Below, in pieces: positions 19,988-27,707 of a stretch of DNA of 64,000 bases. Numbering within the stretch: position 1 is the stretch's first letter; every line of letters begins with the position of its first letter. Below the pieces are notes generated by a model. The model did no database searches, had not been told where the DNA came from, and worked only from the letters and a program-made list of their open reading frames with translations. The translations under genes and the position numbers were made by a program. The DNA is from Candidatus Dojkabacteria bacterium (GTDB lineage: Bacteria; Patescibacteriota; Dojkabacteria; SC72). The DNA is taken from contig JACPFP010000003.1 of assembly GCA_016182915.1 (NCBI GenBank), forward strand, positions 8,806 through 72,805, in the 5' to 3' direction.

Positions 19988-20434
19988 CTATCTCTTTACA
20001 ACAATCTGCTTTCCATTCTCAGCTAGAGGAGCACTTACCTGTACTCTTCCACCTGTTGTGACACAGATCTTATATCCTGTTGTTGCATCAGTTCCACTTG
20101 AAGGATCTTTAGGAATTGCAACTATGAACTCATCTACGAGCACTGCTCCAAGGTCAACACCTGCAGTTCCTATATCGCTACCGTCATTCCAGTTGGCTGT
20201 ACATGTTGATATTGTACCGAATGCGCCAATTGAATTACCCTCTTCAGATGTATACTGGGTTACAGCATTAAGAATCTGAGTTACATCAGCACTTCTTTGT
20301 GCATTTCTTGTGTCTCTGAAGTTCTTTCCTGGGTTGATTGCTACAAGCGTAATTGTTGCCAAAATGATAATCAAGGCAACTACAACAAGGATTTCAATAA
20401 GGGAGAATCCTTTATAGTTCTTATTCACTCTCAT
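19988..20434 (-). CDS. Type IV major pilin.
   Basis: KGFSLIEILVVVALIIILA class III signal/prepilin motif. It is a 148-aa protein heading the pilus operon upstream of pilB. Confidence 0.8.
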   Translation of the reverse strand: MRVNKNYKGFSLIEILVVVALIIILATITLVAINPGKNFRDTRNAQRSADVTQILNAVTQYTSEEGNSIGAFGTISTCTANWNDGSDIGTAGVDLGAVLVDEFIVAIPKDPSSGTDATTGYKICVTTGGRVQVSAPLAENGKQIVVKR

Positions 20435-20605
20435 TAATATAAAATATAAATTTAATTATGTATAAAATATACTAACGCCATGGGGAGATGTCAATTAAGA
20501 GAAATTTGGTATTGAAATAATGCTGCCAGAATGGGCTCTAAGGAAACATTCTAGGTATATGTAAAGAAATATATCTTCAGAACAAATATTCTTTGACTCT
20601 ACCCC

Positions 20606-21238
20606 TTAATAGATTAAAGGTACAAAAAGAAAATCCCCAATGGGTTCTTCAATGAGATTTCCCTTTACTTTAGTTACTCTTACTAACTTCTGAGTTACTC
20701 CCGTTGTTTTAGGATATATGATCCTTCCACCTTCTGCTAACTGTTGTGCCCACTGTTCAGGCATAACCATTATGGAAGCAGAGCAGATAATACAATCGTA
20801 TGGGGCATTCTTTGGGTATCCTTCTACTCCATTAACACTCGACACCTTTACATTTCTATATTTGAGCTCTTTTAGAGCTGTTTCGGCCCCAAGGGCAAGT
20901 AGGGGGAATATTTCTACTGATGTTACTTTCTTTGCAAGCATACCTAATATTGCCGTCTCATACCCAGACCCTGTCCCTATCTCCAAAACATTATCTTCTT
21001 CATTAATCTCTGCGCTTTGGCATATAAATGCAACAGTATATGGTTGAGAGATTGTTTGACCAAATCCAATAGGGATTGGCTCATCGTCGTATGCCTTCTC
21101 TTTGAAATTTACAGGCAGGAACTTTTCACGAGGCACAATCTTCATTGCATATAGGACACGTTTGTCTGTTATCCCTCGTGCTTTCAATTGCTCTCTAATC
21201 ATTTTTAATCTTTTCCCTTTCAATGATAGCTTTTTCAT
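20606..21238 (-). CDS. pcm: Protein-L-isoaspartate O-methyltransferase.
   Basis: ..ISQPYTVAFICQ..VLEIGTGSGYETAILG.. SAM-binding motifs, the conserved layout of PIMT. Confidence 0.9.
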   Translation of the reverse strand: MKKLSLKGKRLKMIREQLKARGITDKRVLYAMKIVPREKFLPVNFKEKAYDDEPIPIGFGQTISQPYTVAFICQSAEINEEDNVLEIGTGSGYETAILGMLAKKVTSVEIFPLLALGAETALKELKYRNVKVSSVNGVEGYPKNAPYDCIICSASIMVMPEQWAQQLAEGGRIIYPKTTGVTQKLVRVTKVKGNLIEEPIGDFLFVPLIY

Positions 21239-21328
21239 ATTGATTTTGGTTAAATATCTATACCAAATGTTTACAATGAGGTATTATAAAATGTCAGGAG
21301 TGAGTAAAGCTCCTCACTTCTGGCATTC

Positions 21329-21880
21329 CTATGCCGTCATTGGAGTCAGTTTCCTTTTCGATATCTCATTTTTTATTCTATTTAGGTGATGCTGAATTAT
21401 TAATACAGAAGGAATAACTACGAGAAGAGTTACCCCGGTTGGTGTCTTTATAAACTGAATCGGATATCCCAGAAGTGGGATCCTATACCTATACTTCCCT
21501 ATAATATTTGCCTTCCCAACCTTATCTACATCTGTAACAGAGTTAAAATCGCCCTTTGTTGTAAACAGTGTATTGCTATCTTCGGACTTAACTATTCTGT
21601 GCGTCACAACTTTCTCGGACTCTCCCTCTGCTGTTTGGAAAGCAATCACATCACCCACAGTATATTTCTCTTCTTTTGAAACTATTATTAGATCCCCAGG
21701 TTGAATGACAGGTTTCATCGAACCTGTTAAAACCGCAAAAAGTCTGTATGGTATATGTAGTGAACTCCCAGATACAACTAAAGTGGTGAGGAGGAAGATG
21801 AAAAGTATAAAAAGGAGTGATAGGAGGAGTCGTAAGGGATTCTTTCTTTTCTTTTCTTCTATTACGGTTAGTTCACTCAT
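21329..21880 (-). CDS. Signal peptidase I, SipW-like (S26, archaeal/eukaryal-type).
   Basis: N-terminal TM helix, the catalytic Ser context TGSMKP and the GDLIIV motif. Confidence 0.7.
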   Translation of the reverse strand: MSELTVIEEKKRKNPLRLLLSLLFILFIFLLTTLVVSGSSLHIPYRLFAVLTGSMKPVIQPGDLIIVSKEEKYTVGDVIAFQTAEGESEKVVTHRIVKSEDSNTLFTTKGDFNSVTDVDKVGKANIIGKYRYRIPLLGYPIQFIKTPTGVTLLVVIPSVLIIQHHLNRIKNEISKRKLTPMTA

Positions 21881-21948
21881 GCTTTAGAATCTAAAGTTAA
21901 ATGACCTCCGGCTGCAGCCAGGAGATTCTGACTGCAGCCTCCACACGG

Positions 21949-22545
21949 TTAGTCGTTGTCCTGAACAGCATCAACGATCTCTGAGAAGACTACGCTCTCT
22001 CCCATGATCTCGTTGCCTGAATCAGCAGCAACCCCTAACTGTTGACAGATTCTAACTGTCGTACCTGCAGCAACATTGTCTGCTGGAGTTCCTGAGTTGT
22101 CCTCCTCAGTGGCACCGCTCCAAAAATCAAGGGAACTGACTAAAGTTGTTGGGACAAAGTTCTTTAGTTTTCCCTCGTAAATTAAGTTTTCACCAACATC
22201 TGCCGTGTTGCATGTATCGTCTTCACCTGCAGTTGTTAGTTTCATTGTAAGCTCGTTATACAGTGGACTGCTTCCATCTGTCTTTTCAAAGCTCATATAG
22301 GCCTCAAATGATGCGGGACCTACGTTTGAAATATCAATAGACTCCCAATCATCTAGAAAGCCTGGATAGGCATCTGGGATGTTGTATGGCTTCCCCTCAG
22401 ATGTATCTAAAGTGAGGTTAAATTCCCCCGTAGCCACGGTGTTCCCTGCTATAGTTTCTCTTTCATTAAATACTGCAAATGTTGCACCCACCGTTAAAGC
22501 TCCTACAACGGCGATTGTTAATATACTTGAGAGTATCTTATTCAT
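21949..22545 (-). CDS. Secreted protein with a SipW-cognate-class signal peptide (TasA/camelysin-like).
   Basis: N-terminal ..GATFAVFNERETIAGNTVATGEFNLTLD.. matches the TasA/SipW-cognate signal-plus-mature N-terminus pattern. It lies immediately upstream of the SipW-like peptidase on the same strand. Confidence 0.6.
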   Translation of the reverse strand: MNKILSSILTIAVVGALTVGATFAVFNERETIAGNTVATGEFNLTLDTSEGKPYNIPDAYPGFLDDWESIDISNVGPASFEAYMSFEKTDGSSPLYNELTMKLTTAGEDDTCNTADVGENLIYEGKLKNFVPTTLVSSLDFWSGATEEDNSGTPADNVAAGTTVRICQQLGVAADSGNEIMGESVVFSEIVDAVQDND

Positions 22546-22853
22546 GATACTGTCAGATTAATTTAGATAGAAACAAATTTATTTGTTATACCTCCTTTCT
22601 TTTAAATTTAAATAAAGTGCATAAAATACACTTTTAAACGTCGTACAATTTATGGAAGTCTGGCAAGAAGTAGTGAATATTACCTCTTATCTATTGGTGG
22701 GCTGGTTTTAGATTTAGTTTTACGAAATTTCAATAACCATCCGCATTATAATAAATTCTACCGCTATGAAATCTCATGTCAAGAAAAATGTAGGCTTATA
22801 GTGCACTGCGTCGTAGGGTTACAGGTGAAAGATCTCTTTGTATAGAGATTATT

Positions 22854-23630
22854 CTAGAGCACGGTTTCATTCAATACTTTCTCGAAATTACCGTAAAAGG
22901 CATAGTTTCTTAATAACGCGACTAAATAATCTCCCTTTCCCTCATCAAGTTTATCTCTTGAAAATCTAAGAGTTTGTTTCTGTGATGCCCCTACTCTATG
23001 TGGTGTCTTGTCCTTCACGTAACCCCGGGTTATATCTTTAAAGTGCAACTCTGGGAATGTGGTGTCAATCTCTTCAATCGCCTTATGAACATCAATCCCC
23101 TCTATTATAATATCTCCTTTATACTCACCTTCTAAGATAAGAGAAAGATGTGTAGAGTTAGAATCAAGTCCTTCATCTAGATTTACAAACAGGCTTTGAG
23201 CTACATTATTAGGATAATCGTCTATGTAAGTAAATATTTCAACATTACAGTTCGAAAACTTTGCTCTACCTGGTATCTCATGTTTTACGGTGAGGTAGGC
23301 ACTAGGTGCGAATGATACATAGGGATAATAATGATTTATACTATAGCAACTCTTCATATGTCCTACTGTCTTATCAATTGAAAGCCGGTAGGCCTGAGCT
23401 CCAGGGATAAGGTTAATTGGGATTACACCGTTTAGACCAGGTAAATGTTTAAGCTCATCATCAGAAAAGTATGGTCTGGCACTCATTTCAGTATAAATCC
23501 GTGTTACTTCCCGTTGTATTCCTGTAAGAGTTTCTTTATCAGGAAAACCATCTCCTTTTGGTGCACTAAATTCCCATTTACTATCTTGTCCCTCTGGACC
23601 TTCAATTGTTATTTTGTGGTAAGGGTACAT
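22854..23630 (-). CDS. Hypothetical cytoplasmic protein.
   Basis: Long ORF with no recognisable motif. A hairpin ATCTCT-ttgtat-AGAGAT at 22832..22849 follows its stop. It lies 112 bp downstream of the 732-aa ORF on the same strand. Confidence 0.5.
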   Translation of the reverse strand: MYPYHKITIEGPEGQDSKWEFSAPKGDGFPDKETLTGIQREVTRIYTEMSARPYFSDDELKHLPGLNGVIPINLIPGAQAYRLSIDKTVGHMKSCYSINHYYPYVSFAPSAYLTVKHEIPGRAKFSNCNVEIFTYIDDYPNNVAQSLFVNLDEGLDSNSTHLSLILEGEYKGDIIIEGIDVHKAIEEIDTTFPELHFKDITRGYVKDKTPHRVGASQKQTLRFSRDKLDEGKGDYLVALLRNYAFYGNFEKVLNETVL

Positions 23631-23742
23631 TACTCTGTTCTCTTGGTACCAATATTAATTGTACTATTACATCTTTGAACAGGTATTTCCGTTGAAATTG
23701 CTTTTACAAAATTTGTCATGGCAGATTATATTATAGGTTTGT

Positions 23743-25941
23743 TTACATATCAAGGTTTCTAATATACTTCTCAATTCTCTTATCGTTCTCTTCAGTTAAT
23801 TTAGAAAGTTTCGAGAATTTCGCCTTACTCCGTGGGGAGCCTAAAACTTCTGCTGTGAGTTGAAGTGTATGGTAGTATAGTCCCGGTTTATTATTACAAA
23901 TTTGATTTATTGCGGATTCAATTGATTTTCCAATTGAATGCATGGTTACATCATAGCCGAGTCTGTGTAGCACAATATTTTTCGCAGTGAGGGGTAGTTT
24001 ATCAATATATTTGACTAACTTCTTGAGCGGTATCCTTTTTATTACACTATTAAACTCCTTTACTGACTCTTTGCTGCTTTGCATCTGTGGAGTCACTTGT
24101 TCCAGATACTTCTTAGCTTGTTCATATATCTGTTGAAGAGTTATGTTTTCCCCATGATTCATCTCGTCCGCAGCTCTTAAAAGTCTTGCCACAACAACTT
24201 CAGATATTTCGTTTTCGTAGCCAGTAAGCAGGTGAGATGTTCCCTTGAAACTTTCACCGTTTAATATTAATCTCATCTGTGCATCCGTTAATTCCCTATC
24301 TTTAATATTTATAGTGCGTTCATCAGATAACTCTCTTCTATCAAGGGAGTCTGTATGTAGATGCCAAGGGCTAGGTTGTGCCCACTTAAGAGTTTTCCAA
24401 AGTAGGAGAAAGAGTTCAGATGGGGAGTCTTCTAACTTCCTAATTCTTTTGGCTATCTCGATTAGACCTTCTTTACTACTTGCAGAAAGATACTTTTCAA
24501 GTGGATCAGGGTTATTGAAGTTCTTTAGTATTCTTGATGGGATTGGAACGTCCTCTGTAGTTGCAAAAAGCAGATCCCAATCTTTTACATTCTGTTCTAC
24601 AAAGGCTCCTCTTTTTCTCCGAATTGATTGGGCATATGCTTTTGACTTTTTATTATTATATTTCCTTGCTAATCTGCCAATTGCTTCGTGATGTTTTTTT
24701 AATCTTGAAAATGAGAAAGAAAACCAGAAGACATCTATTAAACTTACAAACGGTTCAGGTCCTGTGCTATTCCACGGATAGAATGATACTGCCGAAGTGT
24801 ATGCTCTTTCAACGTTTAGGAGGGTAATGAGAGTGCTTAGAAAACCTACCTTTGTCACTTTAGGTTTATTATCATAGGGGAAAGGTAGTTGTGTTTCATA
24901 TTCTGTCTCATCCAGAAGCCTAAGAAGCTCCTTGTTGCCTGATTTAAGGACGATGTCACGTAGGACTGTTTCTTCAGGAAATGGCAACTTATGTCCAAGA
25001 GATATCGGAGAAAAAGGAAAGTTAGCATCAACAATATAATCGGAAAATAATTTACGTAGTTCACTTATATCTGTCATCAATCTATCTCTTCCTACTCTTT
25101 TTGCAAATCTTCTTAATGTTTGAGATACATAATTAACTTCATCAAGATTCTCTAAATTCAATTCTTGCCTCATGACTTTATCTGCATCTTCCATCTTCCT
25201 TCTAAATGCAATTGCCTCTCTTGAGTACTTTTCACTTCTAAGATTATCTTTTGCTTCTCTTGGCTCTGGCTCTAGGGAATCAATGAATGAGTAATCTTCT
25301 GCTGGAGTCTGTTCTTTTGGTAGTTTGGCTCTGTTAAGAATTTTTCTACCAAATGTGTCAATAACTTGCATATGTTCTGGAAATCCGAGAATGTTTTCTA
25401 TCTGATATTCATACTTCTTGTACGTTTTCTCATTTACTTTAATTTCCTCCATGACTTCAATACTTATGGCTGAAACATTTGGATCATAATTTCCATAGGT
25501 AATAATCCAGATCTTTGTTGGATTATTTTCTGAAATAATTACTGATATTTGTTTTGCAGTTTCAATTCCATATAGTTTCTCCTGTAGTCTTTGACCAAAC
25601 ACTGTTGAGATATCTTGTGGTGTATTTATTTTTTCTGGGAATTTAAATCTAGGGCCTTTGTATTCTTCTCTCTCTAGCTCAAATTGAAATTCCCTTGAAT
25701 TGTTATAGATGTCGTTTACAAACCTTTCGAAAGTTTTTCGAGGTAGTGTTGCAAAGAGGGTTTCCCATGCTTCTTTATCAGTAACTATTTCTTTCACATT
25801 CCGGTCGTTGGTTATGGTTGAAATTACAGCTTCCTGAGGGAAGGTGGCAATAAGGACTTGACCTTTCTCTGAGAGGGACTCAATCTTTGCTGCTATTTCA
25901 GGGCTTATTGTATTGGTCTCATTATTCGCATAGGTACTCAT
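23743..25941 (-). CDS. Hypothetical 732-aa cytoplasmic protein.
   Basis: Long uninterrupted ORF with no TM helix, no P-loop and no recognisable catalytic motif. Confidence 0.5.
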   Translation of the reverse strand: MSTYANNETNTISPEIAAKIESLSEKGQVLIATFPQEAVISTITNDRNVKEIVTDKEAWETLFATLPRKTFERFVNDIYNNSREFQFELEREEYKGPRFKFPEKINTPQDISTVFGQRLQEKLYGIETAKQISVIISENNPTKIWIITYGNYDPNVSAISIEVMEEIKVNEKTYKKYEYQIENILGFPEHMQVIDTFGRKILNRAKLPKEQTPAEDYSFIDSLEPEPREAKDNLRSEKYSREAIAFRRKMEDADKVMRQELNLENLDEVNYVSQTLRRFAKRVGRDRLMTDISELRKLFSDYIVDANFPFSPISLGHKLPFPEETVLRDIVLKSGNKELLRLLDETEYETQLPFPYDNKPKVTKVGFLSTLITLLNVERAYTSAVSFYPWNSTGPEPFVSLIDVFWFSFSFSRLKKHHEAIGRLARKYNNKKSKAYAQSIRRKRGAFVEQNVKDWDLLFATTEDVPIPSRILKNFNNPDPLEKYLSASSKEGLIEIAKRIRKLEDSPSELFLLLWKTLKWAQPSPWHLHTDSLDRRELSDERTINIKDRELTDAQMRLILNGESFKGTSHLLTGYENEISEVVVARLLRAADEMNHGENITLQQIYEQAKKYLEQVTPQMQSSKESVKEFNSVIKRIPLKKLVKYIDKLPLTAKNIVLHRLGYDVTMHSIGKSIESAINQICNNKPGLYYHTLQLTAEVLGSPRSKAKFSKLSKLTEENDKRIEKYIRNLDM

Positions 25942-26047
25942 AGCGAGATTATACAGGCTTTAGATCTTTAGAAAAAGGTTAAAGGGAGCAGACTAGAAAC
26001 ACTCCCTTACTGTATAATCTAAGTGATTAATTAATTGCTAATAATAA

Positions 26048-26410
26048 ATGGATTTAAGTAAGAAGTATTTATCAATAGATGAATATATTAAAGACTTTCC
26101 TCTGGAAACGCAGGAAAAGTTAGTAGAAATTCGTAAGATTGTACATGAGGTTGCACCAAATGCTATTGAGGCGATTAGTTATGGAATGCCAACTTTTAAA
26201 CTAGGTGGAAATCTTGTTCATTTCGCAGGATATAAAAAGCATATAGGCTTCTACCCTACTCCTTCCCCAATAGAGTCATTTAAGAAGGAACTTTCAGAGT
26301 ATAAAACAAGTAAGGGTGCAGTACAATTTCCATTAGATAAACCCTTACCTTTAGACCTTATAAGGAGAATGGTGATTTCAAGGGTTCGCCAACTGGAAGC
26401 TAAAATGTAG
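26048..26410 (+). CDS. DUF1801 (YdhG-like) domain protein.
   Basis: ..AISYGMPTFKLGGNLVHFAGYKKHIGFYP.. resembles DUF1801. It is a second, divergent paralogue of the gene at 8117. Confidence 0.55.
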   Translation: MDLSKKYLSIDEYIKDFPLETQEKLVEIRKIVHEVAPNAIEAISYGMPTFKLGGNLVHFAGYKKHIGFYPTPSPIESFKKELSEYKTSKGAVQFPLDKPLPLDLIRRMVISRVRQLEAKM

Positions 26411-26462
26411 TAGGTTATAGTTCTATAGAATTAAAGTTTCCTCTGACATATGCTAGTATTGA

Positions 26463-26969
26463 ATGATGAGAAGAAAACGTAGAGATTTGCGTTTTGCACT
26501 TGTCGTACTGACGCTGTTGTTGTCAGGTCTTTTCTGGTGGATATACAGTAGTAGTGATATGCAGCAACAGTCCTCCGACACCCTTACAGAGGGTGATAAA
26601 AATTCTGAGGATGATGTTGTAAATCCTGAAAATACTGACGATAGTGAAAATGAGGTCGGAACCTATACTACATACTCTCCTACAAAACTTAAAGCAAATG
26701 TAACAAACGTTCTCTTCTTTTACGCTGACTGGTGTCCTTCATGTAGGGGGTTTGATAGTGATTTGGTTTTAAATATAAATAGGATTCCTAAGGATTTGAA
26801 TATTCTTAGAGTTGACTACGATACTGAAACAAAACTTAAAAAGAAATACTCAGTTACACTCCAGCATACTTTAATCCTAGTTGATGAGAAGGGGGAACTT
26901 CTAGAAAAGTTTGATGGTCTATACTCTATCCTTACATTAGATGAAATAATTGAAGCCTTAAAGGAGTAA
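26463..26969 (+). CDS. Exported or membrane-anchored thioredoxin-like protein.
   Basis: N-terminal TM/signal anchor and a thioredoxin active site WCPSC in ..FFYADWCPSCRGF. Confidence 0.7.
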   Translation: MMRRKRRDLRFALVVLTLLLSGLFWWIYSSSDMQQQSSDTLTEGDKNSEDDVVNPENTDDSENEVGTYTTYSPTKLKANVTNVLFFYADWCPSCRGFDSDLVLNINRIPKDLNILRVDYDTETKLKKKYSVTLQHTLILVDEKGELLEKFDGLYSILTLDEIIEALKE

Positions 26970-27700
26970 TGGGAATTAGTATACTATTGATGTCGGTTGC
27001 TTTTACCTCAGGTGTGCTTACGGTACTTTCCCCCTGTGTATTTACCTTTCTTCCGGTCATTTTAAAGGGTGTTGAAGGTGGTGTAAGCATAATTAAACCG
27101 CTTAGGATTATTACATCCCTTAGCCTATCTGTCTTTATATTTACTCTTCTGCTTAAAGCCTCAACCTTTCTTATTGATATACCAGTTATGGTTTGGGAGG
27201 TAGTTGCAGGGGGGATTTTAATAGTACAGGGCATTATTATAGTATTCCCAGCTTTTTGGGGAAAAGTATCGCACTTTTTAGGAATTGAGAACACCTCCTC
27301 TGTTTTAGCAGGTATTTCAGAGAAGAAGGATACTTCGGTTAGAGATATGTTTCTGGGTTTTGCTCTTGGACCTATCTTCACCTCCTGCAGTCCAACTTAT
27401 GCATATATAGTTGCTGTAATGCTTCCTGTTTCATTTTCAATTGGGATTATATATCTCACAATCTATATTCTTGGAATGTCATCACTGCTTCTATTCATCT
27501 CTTTCTTCGGAAATAGGTTGCTAAGAAAGTTTGTTAATCCAAACGGTGTATTTAAACAGGTTGTTGGTTGGGTCGTTCTTATCATGGGTATACTGATTCT
27601 TTTTGGTATATACAAAGATGTAGAGGCGACTCTGCTTAACTTTGCACCATTTCTAAAACTAACTGTATTTGATGGAAATTTGTTAAAAGGGATTAGATAA
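26969..27700 (+). CDS. ccdA: Cytochrome c-type biogenesis / thiol-disulfide electron-transfer membrane protein, CcdA/DsbD-family.
   Basis: Six or more TM helices with a conserved Cys in LSPCVFTFLP and a second Cys in the FTSCSPT region. Its start overlaps the thioredoxin-like gene's stop. Confidence 0.7.
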   Translation: MGISILLMSVAFTSGVLTVLSPCVFTFLPVILKGVEGGVSIIKPLRIITSLSLSVFIFTLLLKASTFLIDIPVMVWEVVAGGILIVQGIIIVFPAFWGKVSHFLGIENTSSVLAGISEKKDTSVRDMFLGFALGPIFTSCSPTYAYIVAVMLPVSFSIGIIYLTIYILGMSSLLLFISFFGNRLLRKFVNPNGVFKQVVGWVVLIMGILILFGIYKDVEATLLNFAPFLKLTVFDGNLLKGIR

Positions 27701-27707
27701 TCTCCCT

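Noticed and set aside
24245-24827. Plus-strand ORFs (148 aa and 88 aa) antisense within the 732-aa gene.
   Set aside because: They are embedded in a longer, uninterrupted minus-strand ORF, have no RBS or start context, and their composition is hydrophobic and low-complexity.
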